Source: Tubiluchus corallicola (taxonomy: Eukaryota; Animalia; Priapulida). From it: a DNA stretch of 64,000 nt. Below the pieces are notes generated by a model that was not told the DNA's origin, made no database searches, and was given only the letters and a program-made list of their open reading frames with translations. The DNA is taken from assembly GCA_030141605.1 (NCBI GenBank), contig JAQGDQ010000577.1, positions 62,001 through 126,000 of the forward strand, written 5' to 3'. Of the stretch, positions 52,031 through 64,000 are shown in pieces (the first letter of the stretch is position 1; the number at the start of each line of letters is the position of its first letter). Position numbers and translations under genes: made by a program.

Positions 52031-52291
52031 TTCCGACTGGTGTGTTTGCGCCGCATAAAGCCACGCCCTTGACCGGTTACGTAATGGAGGTTTTCTGGCG
52101 CCCTCCCAGCGGCCGAACTGGTCTTATCACCAAATACGACGTGGTAGCGTACGACATGGAAAGACCGGAGGCAGAGCCGATCGTGAGTTCTTTTGATCCG
52201 AACGATTACGTGGAGACGTTTGACGTGGAGCTTTATAGAGCTGGCGTCTATGAAGAACGGAAGCGAAATCCAAAACCTAAAGAATTTGATG
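52031..52291 (+). CDS. USH2A: Usherin exon 33 (FN3)
   Basis: tttacag|TT; PTGV...GYVMEVFWRPP...GLITKY; G|gtaaat. Confidence 0.85.
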
Positions 52292-52514
52292 GTAAATAGT
52301 TTTCAATGCTGCGGAATTTTTTTGTTAATATCCGAGGAAGGTGGAGATGCTAAGGTTAATTTGTCACCCACTTTGTCCTAGCAAACTACTTGTACATAAC
52401 TCTATTACAATAAGAAAGCTTAAATTAATTAAGCGAATTGGCAAACAATAAGTAATTTTGTATTAATAAGAAACATTTAATAGCTACTAGCTAGCTGTAT
52501 TATAGTGCACATTT

Positions 52515-52915
52515 AGATGGGCAACATTGCCTGTTTGTCAGTAATGAGCAGAAGAATATGCTATATGCCGTACCAGTTCAGCAGAGCTCGTACAAGCCCA
52601 ATCTTGCCATCATTAAAGCTTGAAAGCTTTGCAAATTCCAGAAATTCACCAAGATTCTGTGTTTCAGTGTCAGCGTCACCCAATTGCAATATACTTAATT
52701 TTTCCTTTTGCCGACACATGCAGAACAATAGAGGAAAGTTCTTGCTCTTGATTGAATTTTATCTAGCAGTGACATCATTGCTAGCTGCATTATTGTCGAT
52801 TAATTGTTTATTTAGTTATTATAATTACTTTGATAATTACTGTAGGTATAAAATTGTATAGTTTAGGCTATAGGTCAAAATGAGGTGTGGTCGGAAAATT
52901 CGTCCCGTTTTACTA
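52515..52915. repeat. Interspersed repeat family F copy 2
   Basis: Colinear with 49960-50410. Confidence 0.65.
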
Positions 52916-53873
52916 TATGTGTGCTTGCATAGCAAATTTGTCCATAAGTCAGCATTTAAGCTTTTTCTGTTATTCACATATCCTGAATCTCTATTTCATA
53001 AGGATCATTTTGATACCAAGCTCATCGCTCTGTGTTATTTCTAAGCTGAGATAATCCACGTTGAAGCTGAGGTGCAAGCTGTACACTGAGAAACATTACC
53101 TTGAGAAAAGCACTGTTAAAGTTAGTCATCCTTTTTTGTCACGTTTCTACAAAACACGTAGCAACCGTACAAAAGTTGGTTGCTACGGACTTTGCAAGAA
53201 CACATTGGTGTTATGTCTAAATCCAGTAAATGGCTTTTTCTGACGAAAATCTGGGCTTGGCAACAGAAAAAACCCAAAGCAAAATGACAGCTTCCATGTG
53301 CTACAGTCGGAGCTTCAAAATACCGTTTGAAAGTTTTTTTCAATTGTAGTACTAGTTTCTGGACAGAAACGTGAGTATGCTGTTATAAAATTACATTTTT
53401 AGTATTTTTTGAACATTTTTGACACTTTGATGCTAGAATATTCAAGTTCCATATATTTAGCATTTGTTTTTTTACAAGGAAATAAATTACTTTTGACCAT
53501 ATTTTTGGTGCGTTCTATTTTGAAGCATCGTAACGTAGTTTTAACTATGCCGACTTATGGATGATTTTGTTTTGCAAGTAAAACATACATTAATAATAAT
53601 ATTAGCATTGGTAATAGTATTATTGTGATCATGAGCAACTTACATAATCGTTCATCGCATACGTAACAGCTTTCTATCATTCTCCATTACTGGATTGATT
53701 ACTGTTCCATTGCAAAAGCACCTAAAATGACAAGCGACATAAGATTTTCATTCTGACAATGTGAATTCCGAGAAAACTGTCATAACGGTTATGATTGGCA
53801 CATTATCGCATGTGTACTGCTACTGCAAATTGAATACCATCATTATTAGTAAATTACTTGTTCTTGTTTGTAG

Positions 53874-53987
53874 GTAACATAACTGGTTTGATTCCGTTCA
53901 CAAACTATTCATTGAGATTGATAGTTTATACAGATGCGGGATCCACAGAAAGTGAAGAACAATTGTTTGCAACCACACTAGAAGAAG
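53874..53987 (+). CDS. USH2A: Usherin exon 34 (FN3)
   Basis: tttgtag|GT; NITGLIPFTNYS...TTLEE; G|gtatca. Confidence 0.88.
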
Positions 53988-54412
53988 GTATCACTATACT
54001 GTTAATACCGTTACTCTCAGTGTCTTTAGATAATTGGTTAAGTAAACTTTACTCATCTAGCAATATGTTTTTCATAGATGCCAAGTGGAGCAGATTCGTT
54101 GTTTCCAAATGCTGTATTTCCAAGGTCAAAGAATAAAAAATTCAAGGTCACAGATTACGTGATTGTTAATCACAACTTTTTTGTAGTGATTAAAGTAATA
54201 TGTTGTAAGTGACCTGAAAAAAGGGTCAGATACCATTAGACTTTGCAACAGTTGGAGGCTCTCAAGTGAATCTATTAAAGTAGCTGCATTACAGAGAACA
54301 ATAATAGTTTTCAATCATTCATTTATTGTTTTAAAGGTCAAGTTCATTAGAAAGTACCAACTGTCCAAGAATTTGAATTTTTAACTTATTTCAAGCTTTT
54401 TAAATGTTTCAG

Positions 54413-54582
54413 CTCCCGAACAAGTGCTGCCACCTACAGCAGAAGTGTCGCCTCACAGTTTGCTGTTATCTTGGAAGCCCCCTCAGAGACCTAACGGGGA
54501 AATAACGGGATACTTCCTGAGTATGGATGGTGAACTACAGTCTGTAGGAGGACAGATGTCATACTTGATGGAAAATCTCCAG
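54413..54582 (+). CDS. USH2A: Usherin exon 35 (FN3)
   Basis: tttcag|CT; SLLLSWKPPQRPNGEITGY; CAG|gtttat. Confidence 0.88.
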
Positions 54583-54647
54583 GTTTATGTCTTTAATATT
54601 TTTCTATTTTTAATAAGAGACATTTAAGAAAATCAGGAAGAGAAAGC

Positions 54648-55290
<643 letters not shown>

Positions 55291-55481
55291 ATGGGGGTGT
55301 GTGCAGCACTAATAGACAACTATGTGGCAGATAGTATGTGGTATTAATAGAAAAGTTGCATAGTTTACGTAAAAGTTATTTTTACTTACTGTCCAGGAGC
55401 CGTAACTCATGAGCCTATATAATAAATAAGTAACAAGTAAGTAAGTAAGTACTATATAAATTCAATATTTATTTATGCTAG

Positions 55482-55611
55482 GTGTATACAAGTTATGATA
55501 TGTCGGTTACCGCTTGCTCAAGAGTTGGATGTACTAAAAGTGATGAGGTTACCATAACAACTGCTCAGCTGCCGCCATCATTCATGGAAGCACCAGCAGT
55601 TAGTGTTACAG
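55482..55611 (+). CDS. USH2A: Usherin exon 36 (FN3)
   Basis: gctag|GTG; ACSRVGCTKS...TAQLPP; G|gtatta. Confidence 0.88.
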
Positions 55612-56419
55612 GTATTATTCATTATCCACTGCACACATTGTATTATGATGAAAAACTGTCGCCTGTTTTTGCTTCTCTCACTGCTTTATAGCTTTCCGTT
55701 AGATACTAGAGCCCAGAGCCGTTTCAGCTGAACTCCAGCTGGTTTATTTCTACAGTCGATCTAGCCAATAAGAAACTCAGCTTTAGTCACACCAGCCACT
55801 CAGTGATGAGAGTTGAGCTAGCCGGCATTTTGCTAGCTATGAAGATTTTTGTCTTGTGATAATCACGTGACACTGCAAATCACTGGTTGAAATATGGCAA
55901 ACACATTGCAGATTCCCAGTCAGATTGTGCGTGTGCTAGTAGAGATACTAAGCTTTAGAAATTTTTGAGCAAGAAAGCTGGTTAATTCAAAATCAAATAC
56001 ACAAATAGGCAACGTTAGTCACTCGTATGGTATGATCTTGGTATTGATTTGTTGTAATAAAGATAAGCCTTGCTGAGAGTTGGATTTAAATTATATTTAC
56101 AATAAAGCCATTGCTTTTCTATAATAATAAAAAATTGATCTCTAATGCTTTACTTGAATTTGTACATTAGCTTTTTTCTGTGTATAAGCAACATGAATTA
56201 TTTAAAAAATTTCTCTCCATAGCTTTGGCTGACTTAACCGATTTTTTCTTTCAGTCAATTCAGCTGAAAAGTCAATCAACTTCAGCCGAGTTAGCTGATT
56301 TACTGTGTAAGTCAGCTGATATAGTAGCAACTGACTCAGCTTCAGCCTCTACTCACAACTACTTGTAACGTGTTAGCGAAAGTGCAGATGTGTTTAGACA
56401 TGTCTATTAATGTCTTGCC

Positions 56420-56725
56420 ATGTGCTACAAGTGAAGTGAATGCATTTGCTAAGTGTTTATGGTGTGCTACAATGGAAGTGAATGCATTTGCTAAGTGTTT
56501 ATGGTGTGCTACAGTGGAAGTGAATTCATTTGCTAAGTGTTTATGGTGTGCTACAATCGCAGTGAATTCATTTGCTAAGTGTTTATGGTGTGCTACAATC
56601 GAAGTGAATTCATTTGCTAAGTGTTTATGGTATGCTACAATCGAAGTGAATTCATTTGCTAAGTGTTTATGGTGTGCTACAATCGAAGTGAATGCATTTG
56701 CTAAGTGCTTATGGTGTGCTACAAA
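56420..56725. repeat. 42-bp tandem minisatellite, ~7 copies
   Basis: Unit GAAGTGAATTCATTTGCTAAGTGTTTATGGTGTGCTACAATC. Confidence 0.93.
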
Positions 56726-57164
56726 AGAACTGCTTTTAGTGGCATACTATATGTCTTATGCTACCATCTGAGAAATTTAAACTAATTTGCTTTATTTTAA
56801 AAAGAAACTGAAAGTTTATATCTCTTATATTAATATTCTTGGTATGGGCTTAATTTATTTATATATATATAAGATTCGAGGCTACAGCTCCGACGAGGGC
56901 ACCATTTGCGGCGATCTATACATCAAACGAAAGGTCTCGATCTAGTGTCGTGCCATTGATGGTTTAATTTTCGAATCGGGCCCACCGGGAGGAGGGGGAG
57001 GCGAAAAACCCTCAAAAATGGCCCTTTTTCGGCCGTTTTTTGCAAAAGTTATACGGCTGAGATGTAGAGAACGGGAACGGGCCGAGGGGGGTGCTGGGTA
57101 TGGATAGATAGCCCGTTCAGCGGTGGGTGTAGTAGGCATATTTAGAATGTTTAATTATTTTCTG

Positions 57165-57685
57165 TGACTGGTCAAATGACACTGTAGGCTATGCTGACCT
57201 GGTCGGAGTGACGCAGATCTGATCGAATGACACAGTAGGCTATGGTGAACTGGTCAAATGACAAAGTTGGCTATGCCGAAGTAGTCAAACGACGCAGTTG
57301 GCTGTGCCGAACTGGTCAAATGACACGGCTATGCTGAAGTGGTCAAATGACGACGCAGTAGGCTGTGCAGAACTGGTCAAATGACACAGATCTGATCGAA
57401 TGACACAGTAGGCTATGGTGAACTGGTCAAATGACAAAGTTGGCTATGCCGAACTGGTCAAATGACACAGCTGGCTATGCCGAACTAGTCAAATTACACA
57501 GCTGGCTATGCCAAACTAGTCAAATTACACAGCTGGCTATGCCAAACTAGTGAAATGACGCAGTTGGCTATGCAGAACTGGCCAAATGATGCAGTTGGCT
57601 ATGTAGAACTGGCCAGATGATGCAGTTGGCTATGCAGAACTGGTCAGATGACGCAGTTGGCTATGCAGAACAGGTCAAATGACAG
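57165..57685. repeat. ~31-bp tandem minisatellite
   Basis: Unit GAACTGGTCAAATGACACAGTTGGCTATGCC. Confidence 0.9.
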
Positions 57686-57984
57686 TCGAATGGTCAATTG
57701 GGGTTTGGTAGGGTTAATTGGCATATATACTGCACTGAATGCGGAAGATCTTGGTTGAAGACTCAATAGAGGATTTTTTATTTATTTTATGTGTTTCCAC
57801 GTATTGCACTCACAAATTTAATAAAGTGTCCTAAAGACAATTAGTTTTTGTAAACAAAGTCTGCCACTGAGTGTTAGTTTTTCTTTTGTATTATAAGTGG
57901 TTTTTCTGGTTTGCTGAGTAATTACTTGTGTATAGTGTCACAGTTTTTTTTTAAAAAAAGTTGTTTAATTTTGTTATGTTTCAG

Positions 57985-58166
57985 GAAACGACTCTTTATA
58001 TGTTGAGTGGCAAAAACCAGATCAGTTAAATGGGGTTTTGCAAGAGTACGTAATCGAGGTGACTGTACAAAACATGTCATATATTGCGTACAATAGTTCA
58101 GACATGTATGAGAACTTTGAAGTGAGAGATTTGACAGCTGGAATGGAACATTTGATTTCTGTTGCG
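57985..58166 (+). CDS. USH2A: Usherin exon 37 (FN3)
   Basis: tttcag|GA; LYVEWQKPDQLNGVLQEY; GCG|gtgagt. Confidence 0.88.
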
Positions 58167-58480
58167 GTGAGTATAATGCAGAACAATATGTATTTTTAAT
58201 CTGTTAAATAACCGGTACATTTTTTAATTAAACTGAGGGGCAAGTACACATGTTTTAACCAATTCCAAGGGGAAGTGCACCCTGTAGCAAATAAAATGAC
58301 AAGGTTAATTTTGCTTGATGAACTAGATGCAATTTTATAAGCAATAAAAGGATATTTGCTTTTTTTTGTCAAATTATTGTACACATACACCATTTAAAAC
58401 ACGCTGAATTACAAGTTTCTCTTTTCTATTAAGTTATTTTATAGTACATGCAGTTTCTTTCAGCAGATAAACGTGTACTT

Positions 58481-58724
58481 TGTTATGACCCGCCTACTGA
58501 TTTTTATTTAAGGGCCAGGTTGGCTTCTCACCTGTGTTCTGTAACTTGCTTTTAACCTGGTTAGTTAGTTGTTATAGAGGTGGAAGTAATGTCGGCTGCT
58601 CAGGATGAGAGCCCCGATGTTTTGTTTTGTTATTTTGTGTTCACTGGCAATAAAAATGAAGTCATGTTGCAAATGCGTCTCCGTTTATTCACCGTGTTTT
58701 TGTAACCAATTCTAACTCATAACA
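58481..58724 (+). mobile_element. Putative solo LTR
   Basis: TGTTATG...CATAACA termini, internal AATAAA, 4-bp near-TSD ACTT/ACAT. Confidence 0.5.
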
Positions 58725-58998
58725 ACATGTACACCATTTAAAACAAACTGAATTACAAGTAACTATCTTCTATTAAGTTATTTTACAGTACATGCAGTTT
58801 CTTTCAACGGACAAGCGAGCTAGTAATTCTGTTTGGTAGGTGAGAATACTGAGAAACACTAAATGTTTAGTTTAACTATATTAGACTCTATGTAAATCTT
58901 TGCTCACATTTTATGCCCCGATTCTTGGACGGGCACTTATGTATGGGTCTGTCATGTAAACTTAGATAATAACTTCTCTATATTTCTATATTTTCATA

Positions 58999-59042
<44 letters not shown>

Positions 59043-59107
59043 TACTTCCTAATAGGTCATTTAAAAACGTATTTATAGTCAGGTATTTTCTGATTGTTTT
59101 GCTTCAG

Positions 59108-59255
59108 GCTTGTACAGCTGGTGGATGCCGCTGGAGTGAACCGGTAGCAGGTACGACTGCTGAAGGTGCGCCGGATGGTGTAGAACTACCTGACATTACA
59201 TCACCAAATAACAGCACCTTATTCGTCACATGGTCACCTCCATTACATCCCAATG
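59108..59255 (+). CDS. USH2A: Usherin exon 38 (FN3)
   Basis: cttcag|GCT; ACTAGGC...TWSPPLHPN; G|gtaggt. Confidence 0.88.
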
Positions 59256-59751
59256 GTAGGTGACACTATCTATGAATGTAGATGTTTTAAACTGTCAAGG
59301 TGTTGTGCATACTTTCTGAAAATAACTTTGTTAAATCAAATTTTACAATTTCAATTCAAGATGTGGTTTTGTTTTGTTCATCATCTTCCACACTTTTGGA
59401 AGTGTTCTCCAACACTTTTCTAGAGGTTGTTTTCACTGCTGTAAATAAAAAAAAGACTTTGAAATCTGTGGTTGTTGTTAGAGATGGTTTCCAATATGCT
59501 GTTTAGTTTTAACAAATACAAAATTATGGTTTTGTTTTTTGCTTTTTCTTCATACAAATGCACAACTAGAATAATGTATTCAAGTTCAGTCATAGTGTTC
59601 ACGGCATCTAGTCATAGAGTTCATGATGTTTGCTCATAGTGCTCACAGCATCTAGTCATAGATCTCATGATGTTTGGTCATAGTGTTAAATTATGCACTT
59701 GTTACATTCACTTGTTTTTACTCGGCCTTATCACCATCATATAAATTTCAG

Positions 59752-59899
59752 GTGTAGTAATTCGCTATGAACTAGTGCACAATGGACTGATGCGAAAATT
59801 TGACAACAGTACTTTTAATTATACAATCACTGGATTGGCACCGTACAGCTCTCATCGCATACGTTTGTCTGCTTGTACTGAGCAAGGCTGTAGAGCTAG
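59752..59899 (+). CDS. USH2A: Usherin exon 39 (FN3)
   Basis: tttcag|GT; GVVIRYEL...GLAPYS...ACTEQGC; AG|gtaggt. Confidence 0.88.
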
Positions 59900-60795
59900 G
59901 TAGGTTATGCATTGGTAACTTACAGTGTGCATCATATGTCGTTGTCTGCTTGTATTGGACAAAGCTATATGGCTAGGTAGGTTATATGTTAACTGTCTTG
60001 ACAAATGCCAGTGAACATATTATGCTTGTTGCCTTGCACTGACAAAACTGTACAACTATGTTGTTGGCATCCTTCTGTCTCGGAGGACAATGGAGTGTGT
60101 GCCAAGAGAGTCAGTTATTGATCACATTGATGGAGCTGCAGCGTCGACTGTGGCTGAGCAGTCTGATCCTTGAACCACTGGAGTGGCCTCTCCAGGGCAC
60201 ACGCCTGGGCAAGGTGTATGGAGATCCTGAGTTGCCCAGACAACAGGAACCCCCTCTTCCTCCCTGGTGTAGTCCAAAGGAAAACGAAGCGATACTTTTG
60301 GCACAAGGTTGGCTGCAGGAGCTGCCAGAGTCAGTGAACATACTGTACTGGTCCGCCTTCGGCTGAACTCCTGATTTGGAAGCTTTACTCCTCTACACAT
60401 GGCCGTTGGGTCACTTGACCTCCTCCGCCCTCTAGCCGTTGGCTGCTTGTGCAGCTCCTCCGCCTAGTGTCGAGATACAGTGTGGGCATCCCGCAGGCCT
60501 ACAGCACCTGGTATTCTGAGGTTGTCACCCACCCAAGTACTAACCAGGGTCTACGTTGCTTAACTTTAGTGATCAAAACCGGTGTTTTCAACGTGATATG
60601 GCCGTAGTTACAACTATGTAAGCTATGCATTATAACAGTGTTGACAACCTGTATTGTGCATGTACATTTACCTGCTTCTACTGAACAAAGTTTAAGAGCT
60701 AGATAAGTTACATGTTAACTGTCTTGACAACTTTCAATGTGCATTTGCTAGTCCGATTGCACTAAACGAGGCTATAGATATAGTTAAAACTGTCT
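59862..60795 (+). repeat. Degenerate ~80-bp tandem repeat spanning the exon 39 donor, interrupted by the 5S-SINE
   Basis: TTGTCTGCTTGTACTGAGCAAGGCTGTAGAGCTAG|GTAGGTTAT recurs with decay at ~59942, ~60026, ~60668 and ~60750. Confidence 0.75.
60062..60608 (-). mobile_element. 5S rRNA-headed SINE (SINE3-type), full length, 11-bp TSD
   Basis: Reverse complement starts CTACGGCCATATCACGTTGAAAACACCGG...AAGTTAAGCAACGTAGA...TAGTACTTGGGTGGGTGAC...GGTGCTGTAGGC (5S rRNA); ~430-bp body shared with the copy at 19733; ends GATGCCAACAA; TSD TACAACTATGT at 60051-60061 and 60609-60619. Confidence 0.9.
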
Positions 60796-60915
60796 CGATG
60801 CTGAGTACATTTCTCAGTTGTTGGCTTTGTTTCATATGTAGCATTTGTTGCTAACTCAAATATAATTGTAGTTATTGTAGTTAATAAGTTATGGTTCTTT
60901 GTACGTAATTTGTAG

Positions 60916-61085
60916 CAGTACAGTAGAAGTGAGAACTCAAGAAGGCAGGCCAGTTGGAAACATCAAACTTCAAGTACAAGTGCTTGGATCGAGAAGTGTT
61001 GCTGCTACCTGGAATGCTCCAGCTATTACCTATGGAATCATGACATATGACGTCTACATAGAAGGCCTATTTTACATAGATACCG
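60916..61085 (+). CDS. USH2A: Usherin exon 40 (FN3)
   Basis: tgtag|CAG (NAGNAG, alternative start 60919); RTQEGRP...TWNAP; G|gttggt. Confidence 0.83.
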
Positions 61086-61963
61086 GTTGGTGCCTATATT
61101 TTTATTTCATAATTTTTCGCTTAAGGAATTATTATGCATATGATATTATCTTTGTGTATGACTTTTTCAAATTTTATGGATATATATGATGACACTGAGA
61201 ATTCACCAAATTGCTTATAGATATTTTAGTCCCGGCGCTGGTGCAGATACTCCCGATGTCCCTGGAAGGTGTGTTTGACAAGGTTTAGCAATTAGCAAAA
61301 ATATACCTGACATAAGATCCGTTTAATAACCTAACTTAACCGTCTACACATTTTGCCTACAGAATCTGATAAACCTTTTGCACCTATTGTCATTATAAAG
61401 GTTTATAACTGACTGTGGTTACATAATTGTTTTTGTTGGAAACCACTGTCTAGAGAGCTATTTCAGGAAAAACTATGAAATAGAACGTGTCTATGTTCTA
61501 AAGTAAAATGTGAGAGAACACATAGTACATGTACTTGGGTACCTATGAATTATTCCCTGGTAGGATTAGAACTTACTTCATTATGAAGATATAATAATAT
61601 GAAATTAAACACCAAACTATACTGCCACTAAGGCACAGAGAAAGAGAGAGTTTTTTTAAATTGTTAGGCAAATCAAATCACGAAAAACATTACAGTATTA
61701 TTATTTATTTGAGTGAGCTCTGTCTTGTCACTTTCCATTTTATAAAATCCATAACTTTTATGATGTTTATTCCAGAATTAGTTTACCTGCTCACTGACGA
61801 CATTTTTTCCTTAGAACAGTTTAGTACAACAGCAAAAATAAATTTTATACTGTTGCTGTTTAGTGCAAATGCAATTTTTGCCTTCTAGAGACATTGCTTT
61901 GCTCTTTTCTATGTTTTTATATACGCTGATCTGCTTTAGATATATGTGTACTATTTCTTTTAG

Positions 61964-62143
61964 ATGTAAACAACTACACCCAGATCACTGAGACACGTCT
62001 GTTCTACTCCGGTAATGTATCGTCTGAATGGGTGAATATTACCGGTCTCATCCCGGATGCACTGTATCTTATCCAGGTTAATGCATCGAATTCAGCTGGT
62101 TTTCTGCTTAGTAACGTGGAAGAGTTTCGTACAGTTCCTGGAT
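61964..62143 (+). CDS. USH2A: Usherin exon 41 (FN3)
   Basis: cttttag|AT; ITGLIP..LYLIQVNASNSAG; T|gtaagt. Confidence 0.87.
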
Positions 62144-62168
62144 GTAAGTATTCATTTCTTGAAAATAA

Positions 62169-62522
62169 GCTTTTTCACAGTTCCAGTGATTGATGATGAT
62201 CGTGAAAAGGTTAGAGGTTAAGTGTACTTGACAATGCCTTGCAGCCAAAGCTGTTCTAATAGTAACAGTTTTTAACAGCTAACTAGAACCTTACCTAGTT
62301 TATTTTTTCTTGCTCCCAAGCAAAACCTAGTAAATCAGTCTACACACAGACTAATGCATTATTAAGTAACGCTCACGTAAAACTACTGATGTTACTGAAC
62401 TAAATGTGACAGACGGCTTTGCTTTACCCACATATCATGTGACAGTTGTAGTTAAGACGCATTGCTATGGTACACTTAACCTTTAACCTACAGCAACTGT
62501 GCATGCGCACAACAAAACTGAA
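62169..62522. mobile_element. MITE family D copy 3 (right TIR eroded)
   Basis: TAA-GCTTTTTCACAGTTCC...; interior colinear with the other two copies. Confidence 0.72.
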
Positions 62523-62629
62523 ACTTTATGTGGTTCTTATCTTATGCTTTGTTATTAGAAATTCTTTATGATACTCTTATCATTTGACTGTTTTCTACAA
62601 AAACTGATAAAATTAATTTTTCTTTCCAG

Positions 62630-62774
62630 CACCAGATGGCATGCAGTTACCTGCTCTTACGTCTCCTTCTCCGTATTCAGTACTGGTGACTTGGGCTCCT
62701 CCTAGAAGTCCTAATACTGACGGAGTTGTTCGCTACCAACTGGAGTATAGGAAGGGAAATGGAAGCGTTAATAC
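62630..62774 (+). CDS. USH2A: Usherin exon 42 (FN3)
   Basis: tttccag|CA; PDGMQLP...VTWAPPRSPN; AC|gtatgt. Confidence 0.87.
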
Positions 62775-63723
62775 GTATGTTGGATAAATTGTCATAATTA
62801 GAAAAGTGAATGTGATATAAATGTATAAATGTGTGTGTTATTGAACTATAAAGTTTAATTATAATCTGCATGATGATTAATTGGAAATAAAACATATCAG
62901 AAGTATAAATGTTGAAGCAGTTAAAGCATAGTATTAACAAATATAAAACTGTTTAGAAGAAAGGCATAATGATGTGAAAATTAATGCATTTTGAGATGCA
63001 AAATGATCATGTGGAAAGGAAACGTATGCTTTGCTAAATTGTAACAGCTTTGGTTGAAAAGTGAATCAAAATCTAAACAAACACACTGAGAAATTGTTTT
63101 GTCCGTGTTCAAGAAATCCTTTGTTCTTTCATTAATTCATTTATTCATTTGTTCATTTATTTGTTTGTTTTCGTACACAATGCATGGATTTTATAGAATA
63201 TTAATAAAATGACGAAACAGTGATAAAGGATTGTTAGGGTTTTTGGGGTTTACTGTAAGTTGTTAATTTAGAAACGTGAAAGGTAAAATAATATGTTGAA
63301 CTACTAAATCAACCAGGTGAACTATAATAACCATATTAGTTAACTATAATAACTATATTAGTTAACATATATACTGCATGAAAAAGAGCAAATAATTACA
63401 TTTCCTGTGAAATTAATAATTAGAGAGACAACAGAAACCTAAAAATGTTTTAAAATATAAATGTTAGGCAGGAAAGCTAATTTAAGTATATATCCAAGAA
63501 ACATAACAACTAAAGCACTGTATATTGAAACGGAAAATAGAAACAAAGCAAAAGTTTTACTATAGATGTGTGTGTTTTAAAGTCATCAAGAGACTCGAAA
63601 TAAATATTTATATGTATACTTTTATGTATGTACGCGATAAAAACGTAATGCGGTCAACACTTTTTTATAGCTTAATTGATGTGAAGATACTTTAAAGCCG
63701 TACAACTACTTTCACCTTTGCAG

Positions 63724-63866
63724 AATATTTCCCGATGAAACAACTGCCACTAGTTATCTGCTTTCTGATTTACAACCGTTCACAGACTACAGCTTTAGAC
63801 TGACGGCCGTTAACGATTACGGTCGAACAGCTACACAATGGGTAGAAATGATAACTTTGCAGGACC
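63724..63866 (+). CDS. USH2A: Usherin exon 43 (FN3); gene continues beyond window
   Basis: tttgcag|A; DLQPFTDYSFRLTAVNDYG...TLQD; C|gtaagt. Confidence 0.87.
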
Positions 63867-64000
63867 GTAAGTGCTTTTATAAATTACAAGAATAATTAAA
63901 TTCACTTTGTTTTTGAAAGAAATAAAATAAAAAATATAAGTAAAATTGAAATTCGGGAATTCCTGTAAATGAACTAACATGTGATAAAAAGACAGGAAAG

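Noticed and set aside
55707-56351. hAT-like MITE with TAGAG...CTCTA ends
   Set aside because: TIR is too degenerate, there is no TSD and no second copy in the window.
60490-60608. Functional 5S rRNA gene
   Set aside because: Has an internal deletion and substitutions, lacks an oligo-T terminator, is fused to a repeated body and flanked by a TSD, so it is a SINE head.

Overview
AT-rich animal (invertebrate, probably lophotrochozoan) genomic DNA. Nearly the whole window is the 5' half of a + strand usherin (USH2A-like) gene. I hand-assembled 43 coding exons from 2279 to 63866 (7744 nt, ~2580 aa), phase-consistent at every junction: signal peptide, LamG-like, laminin N-terminal, laminin-EGF array, FN3 repeats, two LamG domains, more FN3. 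The gene continues past the window end. One intron needs a GC donor. Intron 23 hosts an antisense rhodopsin-class GPCR with non-canonical motifs, and it is the positional equivalent of the intron whose read-through gives the short secreted human isoform. The introns carry several MITE families (Tc1/mariner-Tigger-like, Harbinger-like, piggyBac-like, Kolobok-like, hAT-like), an L2 fragment, tRNA-derived SINEs, two copies of a 5S-rRNA-headed SINE with an apparently RTE-derived body, a 1.3 kb foldback structure and many tandem arrays. Some arrays are duplications of the gene's own splice sites and create stop-containing decoy acceptors and donors. Comparisons to human USH2A and to named repeat families are from memory, not database searches.
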